From contig NW_005201092.1 in the NCBI RefSeq assembly GCF_000372725.1, positions 55,683 through 119,682 of the forward strand: a DNA stretch of 64,000 nucleotides, read 5' to 3'. The notes under the pieces are model-generated. The model was not told the DNA's origin. It worked only from the letters and a program-made list of their open reading frames with translations, and did no database searches. The translations under genes were made by a program, and so were the position numbers. This stretch comes from Emiliania huxleyi CCMP1516. Taxonomy: Eukaryota. This document shows positions 47,250-59,970 of the stretch, piece by piece. Numbering within the stretch: the first letter of the stretch is position 1; each line of letters begins with the position of its first letter.

Positions 47250-47640
47250 TCAGCTCCTGGTTGCGCTCCTGAGGGCGAAGGGCGTGGGAGTGAGAAGAGC
47301 GAGGGCCGCGAGGAGGCCGGCGGCGGCGAGGAAACCGGGCACCTGCGCCACCTTCTTGACCTCAGCCAGCAGCTTTGGGAAGGCGGCATTCGAGGGATCC
47401 ACCGGCGCCAGCGTGATGTTCCTGGTCGCGAGGGTCATGATCTTGTCGCTGAGCAGCCGCCGGAGCGGGTTCTTGGCCAGCTCGAGCATCGACCGCAACG
47501 ACTTGCCGAGCCACGGAAACTTTGCCAGGTCGAGGCCTTCGAGCTCCTCTTTGGTCACGCCGTCGTCGCCCACCCAGGTCGCGGCAGGTTCGGCCGCCTT
47601 TGGCTTGACGGCTTCCGCGGATTGAGAAGCGGCCTCGATT
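47250..47640 (-). CDS. Unknown ORF or gene fragment inside the TIR element
   Basis: Coding-like ORF (KEELEGLDLAKFPWLGK...); no motif recognised. Confidence 0.3.
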
Positions 47641-48495
47641 CCGGTCGTCGCGACAAGAGAGCCGCCGCGAAAGCGGAGCGAAAAAGAATTTCCAGCAAAG
47701 AAACACAAACTCCCGTGTGCGAAGGGTATGTTGACACGCACTTTGGGACAACCGGTGGCACATCTCAGCACACATACAACTCAACTAATCTTGTTAAGGA
47801 ATCCCATTCTCTTTGTAATCGTGTGCTTTTCCTTTTGTCTCGACTACGCAGGCGAAACGCGAGACCTATAGGCGCTTAGCGGCCCATGATTGATGCGCCC
47901 CAAGGCGACGCCCCAAGCAGGTTGCTTGTCGCACGCCCCTTCCTCTTCGCCGCCCAAGCATTCAAAGATGCTTGCGAGAGGTCCTCACGAGAGGTCCTCA
48001 CGAGAGGTCCTCACGGCGAGGCATCGTGCTACGCCTTAACATCCCAAGAGCGCCGCCGTGAAAGCCTTACCGAGCCCAACCGATGACAAAACTCGGCAGG
48101 GAGGGGGCGTGCCGAGAGGTGCGACTCTCCTTCGATCCTCTCGCCTCCCTACGTAGAGGTCCTGACCTGGGACTGACACAAGGAGAGGTCCTCATCATGG
48201 CCGCTGCATGGAGAGGTCCTCAGGGAGAGGTCCTCAGGCCGTCAGCGAGCTCACTTGATCTCCTCGATGCGCGTTTAGCTACGATGCAACACCACAAACC
48301 TGACAGCCGCGTGTTTGTTGTTGCTTCGTACAAAGCCCCAGCTCGAGGTGGGCGGACGGTGGCGGCCAACCGTCGTGGACTGATGTGGTGTTGCTGCATA
48401 AATGTTGTCTGTGGGGAGAGAGGAGATATTTTAGTCACTTTTCCATGAAGTATTGTGCGGTTGACCTCTTTCGAGTGCGAGGACGACTGCGCGCG

Positions 48496-49044
48496 AGGTG
48501 AGGACCTCGAGCTGCGTGAGGACCTCTGGAAGGTGGCTGGGCCTTGCTAGGGCACGCCAGCCAGGAGACTGCATGCCTTTGCGAGTCAGACCAGAAAAGC
48601 CTGCCCTGGCCAGCCAGCATGCAAGCGCATCTTACACAGCCCCCCCGCGAGGAAGGATGAGCCATATATGCCCCCGGGGGGGCTGATGGGCTCATGTGAT
48701 TGGTGGTCGTGCCTTATATTCGCCATAAGTGTGTGCAAGAAACCTCATTATGGTGCGCGCGAATCAGCTGTCTATCACACTTTTTTTACAGCCTGCTCGC
48801 CCCGCTACAGCGAGGCTGCTCTGTGATATGAAATCTCACACATGAGGAGATGGAACAGCACCGAGTTGTTTGGTATTGTAAAATCTCTCTCTCCGATGAA
48901 AGGAGCTAACAAACACGTAGGGAGGGAAAGATTAAATTTTGCCGAAGACAATTCCCTGCTATCCCTACTCAGTCTCCTGGCTGGCGTGTGCCCTAGCAAG
49001 GCCCAGCCACCAGAGGTCCTCACGCAGCTCGAGGTCCTCACCTC
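48496..49044. repeat. Nested ~75-bp inverted repeat pair rich in GAGG(A/T)CCTC
   Basis: 48496-48571 is approximately the reverse complement of 48970-49044. Confidence 0.8.
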
Positions 49045-50270
49045 ACGTGCAGAGGTCCTCACCTCGAGAGAGGTCCTCACGGTCACGGCCATGCCGCCTC
49101 GGGAAGAGACAGAGGGCCCCATCTGTCAGTGCGCCGCAACAGTGACGTAACAATGAGGAAAGGACAACCAGAGAGGGTGCATGTATCGCTCCGACCAATG
49201 AATGCGTAACGGACTGCTCGTGTATATGAACGCTCCGTGTATATGAACGCTCCTGAGGATCGTAAAGTTGGGACTTCAAAGTCTGATAGTGAGTGCGGTG
49301 CCGTCCATTCTTTGCAGAGCAGAAAAGCCTGGTAAGCCAGCAAGCAAGCGCATCTTGAGGAAGGGCGAGCCTCCATGCTCCTTGCGGGGCCTATTGGTGG
49401 TCGTGCCTTCTATTCGTGGCGGTCTTGTGGTGGTGTTCTAGTCGCGCCGTCCGTGATACTTGAAATCGGTGAAAAACGAGACAAACAGCAGAGAACGGTG
49501 CAAATCGGTCAATTCCTTACGCTCCCCACCCCAAAAATCCCACCTGCGAGGTCATCCGCCCATTTTCGAGGTTACGTTCCGATTTGCAACGCGAAAATAA
49601 ACGTTTTGTAATGCAAATGTCCACTTACCATTTAGACCAAGCCTCCAGAAACTCGGCCACGGCGATGCATTCTAGATCGTGTGCGGGGTGCGTTCATGAG
49701 ACGCACTAGTGTGCGCGGAGAAATTAAACAAAACAACTCAATGGCGCGAGGAGAAAAAATATCCGTTACTAAATTTTTCAATGTATGTGGCTCTTACGTA
49801 CATTCTTTTTGTGTTGATCCGAGCTGTCAGCAGGCGGACCCCGAATTTCACAGAGCTATGAATAATATGGCATGGAAAAGTTCAAAGTTCATGGAACCGC
49901 TTTCCGACGGGAGTGTTACGGAGATCACATCATAATTTTCCGCGAACGGGAAATCTCGGCTAAATCTCGCGGCACTCTCTAATCCGCGACACTCTCTCAT
50001 CCTCGACGTTCTGCAGATCGGTCACTGGCCATGGTCACAAGTCCCACACGCATTCATCAGCTTGAGGCTCATCTTGCTCTCCCGCAAAGCCGTACTTTAC
50101 CAGGATACCAGGTCGTAACGTCTCAGCTACTTGCCGTCTGCCGCTCGGCCCGTGGCAACTATGGCATGGTTTGGGTGATGAGAGAGTCACCCACTGAGCG
50201 CTCTCGGCCGCTTTACTAAGTTATTAGTAAGCCTGTAGCGAGCGACAGCACGTGACGCCGGCCGAGCAGC

Positions 50271-51441
50271 TTACCATCGAGGTGTGTGTCCCACCTGGTC
50301 CTGCTCCTCTTCCGCCAACCGTATGGGCTGCGGAGGATGCTCCTCCCCGAGATTGGCAAGCCCTTCATCCTCGTGTGTGGCGTCATCGATGACGATGATG
50401 CGACCGTGCTCTCGCCGTGCATCGTCGGTCACATTGCCCTCCATGACGCAGACGAGCAGCGCACTCAGGTAGAGGTCGACGAGGAGGTATAGCCAGCCCA
50501 CCTACACCGAGTGGAGCGGAGTTGGGGTGGAGTTGGGGGAGTTGGAGTGGAGGTAGAGGGGAAGCAGTGGCGTGATGGCCCCAGCGACGCGAGCACACCT
50601 CGGTGGCGACCACTTCGTCGCGCGCCTCGTCGCCGTAGATGATGTGATGGAAGCCGCTGCAGCTTTGCTCGACATACACAAAGACCGCCATGTGAATTAG
50701 CAGCAGTCCGATCATCGCAAGCGACAACGCATACAATGCCCGCATCATCTTACAGAGCGGTGCCTGCCACGGTAGGTGGCCATGCACACACGATGACGTG
50801 AAGATGAGCGCGGCGGCGGCGGCTACGAAGAAGCCCGCCTTTTCGTGGAAGAAGACTCCGATGGGCTGACGGTCGTGCTGGTGTTTGATCGTCGCTAAGG
50901 CAATCGCAACGAGAGCCGTGGCATCGTGCAGCGGACGTATGCGTGCAGCGGACGCGAGCCAGCGGTGAGTGCGCCGCGTGTCGCAGAATCCGTGGCGTGA
51001 GGCGCTGCTGACGGCACTCTCCATTCCAAACGAGATGAATAGGACCACTTGGCCGAGATCAATGACGGCGTGCATCTGGTTATATACCCGGGCGTAGCCA
51101 TGATTGATAGTGAGACCTAGGAAGATGATGAAGTTGATGGCCGCACCGAGCGCCCCGTAGACCCAGTGCACCCGCAGCGGCCCACCGTTGCCTGACACTG
51201 CGATCCACGAGAGCCTCAAAGCACCCGTGCCCACTGCGATGTGCGTCCACGCGTCCTCACGAACGTGGAGGACCTGCTGTTGGTAGATGGCGCCTGTGAC
51301 GGCAGCAGCCGCCGCAGTGAGGCTCAGCCATGTACGCGAGCTGAGGACGATGAACGGGATTGTCGCGGCGGCAAGCCCGGTGACTGCGAGAGCTTTGTGG
51401 AAAGCCTCCATGGGTGCCGTCGCGAGGCTTGCACAACCCAT
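50271..51441 (-). CDS. His-rich multi-pass membrane protein (TMEM45/DUF716/Ytp1-like); one intron
   Basis: About 8 hydrophobic helices with His residues (WTHI, QMHA, KHQH...FFHE); intron at about 50502-50598. Confidence 0.55.
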
Positions 51442-51829
51442 GGTTGCTTGCAGTGCTCCCGTAAAACGTCTTGGCACCAGCTGAAGGCTTGCACGGCAGA
51501 GCAACGCAGAGCTCACGCAGTCGTGCACGGTATTCGGATTTTGCTATTTGCCCGTGTGGGGGTATATAAGATTTGTCAATGGCACACTGCGTCTGCGTGT
51601 GTGTGTGTGTGCGCGCCATCGCAACTGCCATGTCGGCAGGTTGTCGGCTGGTGCTCTCGCCCCGCTGGCGGCTCGGTCTTGCATGCAAAGGTAGGTAGGT
51701 AGAAAGTGAAGAACGGCCAGGCTCGGACTGGACACCAACGCGGTATGGGTGGACGCTAGACAGATGATGACGACACGCACGAGCGACACACAGACACAAT
51801 CAAGACTCCTTATCAGCTGGTCGGCCGCC

Positions 51830-52642
51830 ATGTGGGCCTCAGGGCCTGCTGCGGCGGCGCGGCCGGTTGAGGCCGAGCCGACTGCACACCTCAGTTACAG
51901 TAACCCAAAACAACCTGACGTGGCGGCGGCAAACATCGGCAGGGGGCACAGGCGCCTTGTTGCCGATCTGAAGCTTACAAGTTCGCTCGCGAGCAACAGC
52001 AAGGGCAAGGATGGAGAGGGTGAAATTCGGCTCGGCTGGAAGGGGGCCTATGTACGCTTTGGCAACACGGAGACCGGGCTGCTCAAGTTGGTCAAAGGGC
52101 GCGGCAAGTGGTCTCCGTCGGAAGCGACGGCAGCGGCGGTGGCGGGGGAGGAGGAGGAGGCCGAGGAGGAGGGGGAGGAGGGGGAGGAGGAGGATGCCCC
52201 CAAGGGAAAGCTCAAGGAGCAGCCTGGCGATTACCCCTTTGCGCGGCAGCAGGATTGCGATCTACGTTTGTTTGATTTTGAGGCTTTCGGAGGCTTTGGA
52301 AAGGAGGTTCGCAGCACCCTGAGGGAGGCGGCGAACCAGCTGAGCAACAAACTTTCGCACGCTCAGCACCTGGACGAGGTCACATGGACCACCAAGAACT
52401 GGCACGGGCTGCAGATGCAGCGCTTGTCTGTCGTCCTCCACACCGCCGTGGCGTGGCAGACGGTGAACGAGCTAGCGTGCGGGGAGAGCGGCATTGTGCA
52501 TGGTGCGGAGTGCATTGCCGTTCTTAACGGAGTCGCTTAGGCGGCTCCGGTGGTGAGCCTGTGTGTGTGCCAGTCCGCGCCAGTCTGCGCCCTTGTCGTG
52601 CCAGTGTGCTGTGAGAGAGGCTTGTATCTTAAGAATTCTTTT
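51830..52642 (+). mobile_element. Longest RLE retroelement copy, with PD-(D/E)xK endonuclease motif
   Basis: EP...KQPDV...LVADLK; DY...FEAFGGFG...QRLSVVL; 3' tail aagaattctttt. Confidence 0.75.
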
Positions 52643-52718
52643 CGCGGCACCATAGGCCACAGGCGTCTGCAAGCCTCCGCGGCGCTTTCGACGTTCGCTC
52701 CCTGCCACACAAGCGCGG

Positions 52719-54675
52719 ATGCGTGACTTTGAGACGCGTCACTTGTGCGAGCTCTCGGCGGAGCAGTTCTGGGCGCTGCGCGCCGACCTCTCCTACGATC
52801 AGTACATCGCCGACTTTGACAAGCAGGCCCGCCGACGGCCTCTCTGCTCGCTGCCGCTTTGCACCCCGCTGCTCCACTCGCCGCCTCCGCCACGCCACCC
52901 TCGCGCACGCCGCCTCGCACTGCCATGGCCGGCGAGGCTGGTCCACCGCGTCCGCGCCCACGCTTCGCGCCTCGACGCGCGCCGCAGGTCTTCCAGCTCT
53001 GCTGGCTCAAGGAGGAGGCTGACGCGGAGGGCCACCCGTGCGTGGAGCGGGAGGTGCGGCTCACCTTCCGCGAGAACCCGGTGCCAAAGGCGCTGCGCGG
53101 CATGCTCAAGGACCCCGAGTTCGCCTTTCTCGTCCGGGCGCGCTCTCCGAGACGCGTCCGAGACACTTCCGAGAGACGTCCGAGAGACGTCCGAGAACGT
53201 TCCGCCCGCATGGAGTTGAGGGTGCGGAGACGGCGGCAGGCGCGCTGGCGGACGCACGTCTGGGACGAGGCGCACGCGATGGAGTTGTTCGTGACGATCC
53301 TGCGCGCAAGAAGGAATCCTAGCGACGCACCACTGCATACTCAGGCGCACGCGATGGAGGTGGAGACGATCCTGCCGGTGTTTTCGGACCGAATCAAGAT
53401 CACCGCGCGGCAGTGGGCGGAGCCCGTCTCGCCTGCGCAGTGCTACGTGTGCTCGCGCGTGCACATCGAGGCGCCTACACCTCCGCAGACACCTCCGAGA
53501 CACGAGACACCTCCGAGACACCTCCGAGACACCTCCGAGACACCTCCGAGACACTTCCGAGACACCTCCACAGGTGTCGCGGCTGCCTGGTGTCGCCGGC
53601 GTGGTGGAGAAGGGCGTCGAGACGGGGACGCAAGGCCCTCGCCTCGCAGTTCTTCGTCGCTGACTCCTCCGCTCCTTCCTTTAGGCGTCGAGAAGGGAAT
53701 GCGAGACGCGTACCTCGCGCTGCCTTAATTAATAATTAATTAATTAATCTAGGCGTCGAGAAGGGAATGCGAGACGCGTACCTCGCGCTGCCTTAATAAA
53801 TAATTAATTAATTAATCTAGGCGTCGAGAAGGGAATGCGAGACGCGTACCTCGCGCTGCCTTAATTAATAATTAATTAATTAATCTAGGCGTCGAGAAGG
53901 GAATGCGAGATGCGTACCTCGCGCTGCCTTAATTACTAATTAATTAATTAATCTAGGCGTCGAGAAGGGAATGCGAGATGCGTACCTCGCGCTGCCTTAA
54001 TTAATAATTAATTAATTAATCTAGGCGTCGAGAAGGGAATGCGAGACGCGTACCTCGCGCTGCCGGCGCGAGCCACCGAGTACGCGCGCACGAACCCGCA
54101 CTCGGCAGCGCCTACTAGAAGCGGAATATCTCCCCATATCTCCCCCCGTATCCCCCCCCGTATCTCCCCATATCTCGGGCTGCTAGAAGCGGAATGTCTC
54201 CCCATATCTCCCCCCGTATCTCCCCATCTCTCCGGGAGAGCAGCGGGCCCTAGAAGCGGAATATCTCCCCGTATCTCCCCATATCTCCCCATATCTCGTG
54301 AGCAGGAGCAGCGGGCCCTGGAAGCGGAATGCGCATCCCTGTGCTCCGACCAGCGCTCGAGAGGACTCACGCCATTCCGCTGGATCCCGCCCGCATGTAG
54401 ATAGTCAGCTGTGCTCGCCGTATTCGTACCCCGCCCAGTCCTGCGGCGCTCGGAATACACCGCGCAAGTACCGTCCTCCCGCCACGACCTCGGCGTGCTC
54501 ATGGCGTGCTCATAGCGCCCTCCCGCCACGACCTCGGCGTCTTCGTCACGTAGGCCGTGCTCCCGCCGCTGCCCACCCCGGCCGGGCGGGCGGTCGGCGG
54601 TTCTGCTGCAAAGCTGGCGCTCGCAACGCCCGCCGCCGATGACGCCGACATCGCCGCCGACGCCGACGCCGCTGA

Positions 54676-54717
<42 letters not shown>

Positions 54718-57700
54718 TGCGCCCCCCGGTGCGCCGAACGGCGGCGCTTGCGGCGGCGGCGGAGGCGAGGCGTGCGGGGAGGGAGGAGGCGGCGGCGGCG
54801 AGATTCGGGCGGCCCCGCCTCGCGACGTCTTGGAGGTCGCTTCCTAGACACTTCCTAGACACTTCCTAGACACTTCCTAGACACTTCCTAGACACTTCCT
54901 AGACACTTCCTAGACACTTTCTAGACACTTCCTAGACACTCCCTAGACACTTCCTAGACCTCGCGACGTCTTGGAGGCCGCTGCGCGCAGAAGCGGAAGA
55001 CGCAGTCTTGCACTCCAACCAGCGCGCGAGGGGGCCACGTGTTGGGCTGCATTTGGCGCGTAGTCCGCCGTGGCTCGCTGTATTCGTACCCCGTGTGCTC
55101 CCGCGGTGGTATGGAGACGCCGCACCACACCGCATTCCCCCGCCCCCGAGGGTGGTGTGTTGAGCGCGTCGGATCGCCCTCGCCGCACCGTCGCTACCGC
55201 ACCACCCGCGGGACTGAACCCACACTGGATTCGATACCCTGGGGGTATGGGACACACGTAGGCCGCTGCAGCTGCGGTGGCGGTGTCGAAGGCGGCGGCG
55301 CCCGACAGCGAGGGCGACGCGCCCCCGGCATATGCTAAGGTGGCGGCGCTGCGCGCGCGGACCGAGGTGCTGCGGCAGGCGGTGAGGGCGGCAGAGGCGG
55401 CCGCGGATGCGCAGGACGCGCAGGCCGAGAGGCTTTTGGCTTCCGCGGGTGTCTTTTTCACGCCGCTCTTTCTTTGTTTTAGGAGGACGCGCAGGGCAGA
55501 GGCCTTTGGCTTCCGCGGGTGTCTTTTTCACGCCGCTCTTTCTTTTTCTCCAGGAGGACGCGCAGGTCGAGGCTGCAGAGAAGGCGAGGTCGTTGCTCGA
55601 GGATCGGCTGCGGCAGGAGCAGGCTCGCGCGGAGCTGCAGCCGAGATGCAGCCGAGATGCAGCCGAGGTGCAGCCGAGATGCAGCCGAGGTGCAGCCGAG
55701 AGGCAGCCGAGGTGCAGCCGAGAGGCAGCCGAGGGGCAGCCGAGGTGCAGCCGAGATGCAGCCGAGATGCAGCCGAGATGCAGCCGAGATGCAGCCGAGG
55801 TGCAGCCGAGATGCAGCCGAGATGCAGCCGAGAGGCAGCCGAGGTGCAGCGAGAGCCAGCCGAGCGCGCGGAGCCTCCAGGGAGCCTATGGCCGAGTCTT
55901 GGTTCCCGGCGCGACAACGCGCCTTCCTTGTCTCTAGGCTCGTGCGGAGCTGCTCCGCCAGCGGGTGGACGCGCTGTCGCAGGTGCTCGCCGCCGCGCGG
56001 AGGCAAAACACGAAGTCTGGCGGACCGGAAGAGAGAGCTGTGAATAGGAGCTCGCTGCCGAGCGGCGGTGCGTCACGACGCTCCCCCCACGCCCAATCTC
56101 GGGTCATCTCGGACAATCTCGGGCCATCTCGAGATCGCCAATCAGACTCGCCACGTCGCTCCCCATAGGTCTGTCTCCCCAGATCTCCCCAGATCTCCCC
56201 AGATCTCCCCAGATCTCCCCAGATCTCCCCAGATCTCCCCAGATCTCCCGATACCATTAGGCTCGTCACGTCGCTGCTCACGCAGCTCCGCCTCTCCTCC
56301 TCCCCCGCCGCCGCAGCCGCCGCCACTGCCGCCGCCGCTACCACCAACGGCGCCGCCCACGCCGCCGCCACCCCCGCTAACGGCGCCGCCACCGCCGCCA
56401 CCGCTGCGCCCGCCGCCGCCGCCTCCGCCGCCTCCTCCGCCGCCGCCTCCTCCGCCGCCGAGCCCGACGCCGCCACCGCCACCGCCGCCGCCGCTGCCGT
56501 GGCCGTGGCCGCTGCGGCCGAGGAGACGCGGCATGCAATCGCGGCGGCGCGAGCCGCGTCTGAGGCGAGCGCGTGTGCCAGCGCACATCTGCCCACATCT
56601 CCCAATTGTCTCTCCCCACGTAACCACACATCTCCCCACATGACCACACATCTCCCCACATCTCCCCACATCTCCCCCACATCCCCCCCACATCCCCCGA
56701 CACTTTCTACATCTCCCCACATCTCCCCACATCTCCCCACACCTCCCCACATCTCCCCACACCTCCCCACACCTCCCCATCTCTCCCCACCTCTCCCCAC
56801 CTCTCCCCACCTCTCCGCACCTCTCCGCACATCTCCCCCATGTCTCTCCCCATGTCCCATGTCTCTCCCCACCTCTCCCCCAGGCGAGCGCGTGTGCCGC
56901 CGCGGCGTGCAAGGCGCTCGAGTCGTCGGCTGCTGTGTGCGGGCCTGCCGCCGCTGCCGCCGCCCCGCGCGCTGTGCCGAGGGGTGCGTGTGCCCGGTAG
57001 ATAGGAGCCTTCCCTCCCTCCGCCCGGGGGGGCTCTAGCACACTTCGAGCCACAGGGGAGCCCTCGTGGCGAGATCGTGGCGAGATCGTGGCGAGATCGT
57101 GGCGAGATCGTGGCGAGATCGTGGCGAGGTCGTGGCGAGGTCGTGGCGAGATCGTGGCGAGATCGTGGCGAGATCGTGGCGAGATCGTGGCGAGAGCGTG
57201 GCGAGGTCGTGGCGAGAGCGTGGCGAGTGCACTTAGCCTCCCCCTCGGACGCCTCTCCGTCAGTAGACATAGAGCTGTACAGCACGCTCCCCCGGACTCT
57301 CGCGTCGTTGTCTTTCACCAGGGCCGCCGCTGACGCCGTCGGAGCAGTTTGCGGCGGAGGGAGGCGCGCAGCTGCTCACCGCGATGGCGGCGTCACACTT
57401 GCCGGAGGTGCTCCGCACCATCGACGGCGGCGCCTTTGCGGCGGAGGCGCCGCGCCGCCGCCGCGAGCCTTTTGTTTCTCGGCGGCGGCGCGGCCAGCAG
57501 CCGCCGCTTCGTCTCGTGTGTAGGCGCCGGTGCGGTCTGTGCAGCTGGGCGTGCAGGAGCTCGTCTGCACGCACCAGCGCCTTGTGCACCTCAAGTGGTC
57601 GCCGAGCGGCGACGAGATCCTCAAGACGTGGAACGTGCCGTGGAGGCAACCCCCCTCCCCGGNNNNNNNNNNNNNNNNNNNNNNNNNNNNNNNNNNNNNN

Positions 57701-57911
57701 NNNNNNNNNNNNNNNNNNNNNNNNNNNNNNNNNNNNNNNNNNNNNNNNNNNNNNNNNNNNNNGTGTGTGTGTGGGTGGGTGTGTGGGGCGGGGGGGGGGA
57801 GGTCACCTTTCCCCTACCTTACCCTACCTCACCGTACCTTACCTTAGGCGCGTCAAGGGCGTCGAGCTGCAGCGCGACCGGCGCCGCTTGCCGACGCGTC
57901 TCCCCTCCTAA
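52719..57911 (+). CDS. Multi-exon protein with N-terminal START/SRPBCC-like (DUF2505-like) domain and Ala-rich coiled coil; may be more than one gene
   Basis: Spliced MRDFETRH...EQFW...NPVPKALRGML...SDRIKIT...PGVAGVVEK GVEKGMRDAY pattern; many repeat-filled introns. Confidence 0.5.
53682..54064 (+). repeat. Tandem array with 68-bp period: six copies of splice acceptor + exon start, separated by five AT-only linkers
   Basis: tag at 53682, 53750, 53818, 53886, 53954, 54022, each followed by gcgtcgagaagggaatgcgaga(c/t)gcgtacctcgcgctgcc. Confidence 0.95.
57663..57762. other. Assembly gap (100 N)
   Basis: Run of n. Confidence 1.
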
Positions 57912-58520
57912 CTCACTCACCGACCAGTCCATTCGGTGACGGGCGCAGGCACCGCGTGCTGATGCTGCTCTTCTCGACGCGAGAGCTGCCCGCCGACAGC
58001 GGCGAGCCCGCGGATGCGTTGCACCCGCCGTCGCGCCAGGTCGATAGACAGAGAGCTGAGAGGTGGAGTGCACACCAAGGCCACGAGTCGACAAGAGATT
58101 GCTAGCGAGACGGAGAGCCGGTCATATCGAGGTCATACTCTCGCGCACACACAGACACATCCCCTTGCCTGACCACAGGTCGAGTGCGGCAACGCGGCGG
58201 CGACGCGACTCGTGTACGACGCGATCCAGACGGGCCGCGCGCTGCACGGCGAGAGGGAGGCGATGCTGCAGCTCGCGGCGAGTAGCGGCCCTTGAGATGC
58301 CGCGCAGCTGCCTAGTCCGGCGTGCGCGACACGCACCTCCTTGCCGTCCGTAATAATGGCAAGGGGCAGGGGTGCCAAGTCTCGTGTCTTCTCGTGGCAA
58401 GGGGGGGGGGGAGCCCTCCTGTTGAGATATCGATGTGTAACTGTACGCCCAGGCAAGAAAGGCCTGTAAAATATGTTTCCCACACGCCGCCAGAATCAAG
58501 GATGGGATACCTAGAAGCGG

Positions 58521-59510
58521 TCAGCCGAGATGGCCGAGCGCTTTGAGGGAGGCGGCCGCCTCGCCCACAAACTTGAGCGGCGCCTCGAGCCGCTCGACGC
58601 CGAGGAGGGCGCACGCCTTGCGGTTGTCGGTCGCGGGCTTCTTCGGCTTCAGGGCAGCAACCTTCTCATCGGCCTTCCAGGCAGCGAGGTCGAGGCCGGC
58701 GCATGCTTCTGGCGCGGCCTCTCGTGCCAGCTCGACGAGCTCCAGCGTCGAGTACTGGTCGGTCGAGCAGACAAGGTAGCGCTCGCCCGCGGTCTCCGCC
58801 TTCTCGATGCGCGAGGTGAACGGCCGCGACGTCGGCCGCCGAGCAGAGCCCAAACGCCAACGGAATGACCTTGCCGCTGAGCATCATCTTCAGGTAGCCC
58901 ATCGTCGACGACACGCTCTGGCCCTCGAGCACCGGGCCGAGGACGACGGCGGGGTGGACAGTCGTGACGCTGAACTTTTCCTTGTGCGCCTCGGCCAGCT
59001 CCCAAACCTTGGCCTCCGCCGCCGTCTTCGACTTGCTGTAGCCGGTTTCCGGGTTGTCATTCTTGTCGGCCTCGCACCATAGGTGGTCGGGGTCCTTGTC
59101 ACGCTGAGTACCGCAGACCGAAGCCATCGTCGCCGTTACGACGACACGTTGCACAGAGCCCGACGCGGCTGCAAAGCGAAGAGCACGCTCGGTGCCGGAC
59201 ACAGCCTGCTCAATAATCTGGTCGTCGGACAGGCTCCATCGCCCGGAAGCTGCACGGGCGATGCGACGTGCATGAGTCCGACGCACCCGTCCATTGCGGC
59301 CAACCAGCCCTCGTCGCTCAGGAGGTCTGGCACACGCACGAGCGAGCAGCCCATCTTCTCTAGAATTTTGACCTTGTCGGCCGAGGGATCACGGACTGCC
59401 GCGCGCATCGAGTAACCACTCTTGCACAGCAGGCTGCACACATGGCCGCCGACCAGCCCGCTCGCGCCGGTGACAAGCACTGCTCCAGACGCTGGCGACA
59501 AGTTCGGCAT
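58521..59510 (-). pseudogene. Extended SDR NAD(P)-dependent epimerase/reductase (DFR/CCR-like) with two frameshifts
   Basis: VTGASGLVG, HVASP, YSKSK, HPAVVLGP, DVAAVH, GERYL are split over three ORFs, with shifts at about 59235 and 58810 and no room for introns. Confidence 0.75.
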
Positions 59511-59659
59511 GGCCTGGGTCGCCAAAGCGCGGTGCGAACTTTTTGCGGATACAAATAGGAGCGCACAGGTGAAACGCGTTGCTGGGACTCTTCTGGCCGG
59601 TGTTGCCAGCGTCGAATGCCTAAATTTCTTCTTTCAGTGTTAGGGCATGCTGCATGGCC

Positions 59660-59970
59660 GCGGCCGGAGGGGGGGGGGGGGGGAGGGGGGGAGGGAGGCG
59701 GAGGATGCAGAGGCGGAGGCGGCGGCGGCGGAAGAGGAGGAGGGGGAGAGTGAGGGGGAGGGGGAGCGGAGGCGGGGGCACCTGTGACGGCCCGCTACGA
59801 GAAGGGCGACTACCGGTTCGCGCGGGAGAAGAATTGCGACCTGCGTTTGCTCGACTTCGAGACGTTCGGCGGCTTCGGGGACGGCGTCCGCAAAATTCTT
59901 CGGCAGGCGGCGGACCAGCTGAGTAACAAACTTTCGCACGCTCAGCACCTCGATGAGGTCACATGGACCA
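59660..59970 (+). mobile_element. Internal fragment of the RLE retroelement (third variant), 3' end replaced
   Basis: GDYRFAREKNCDLRLLDFETFGGFG...LSNKLSHAQHLDEVTWT. Confidence 0.8.

Larger units (their letters stand above)
45631..49643. mobile_element. 4.0-kb TIR element (PIF/Harbinger-like ends) carrying unknown ORFs
   Basis: Perfect 25-bp TIR ggcttggtctaaatggtaagtggac (45631-45655 and 49619-49643); 3-bp TSD tcc on both sides. Confidence 0.85.

Noticed and set aside
53682..54064. CRISPR-like repeat-spacer array
   Set aside because: The spacers are near-identical AT runs, the repeat is a copy of the adjacent exon, the context is eukaryotic and there are no cas genes
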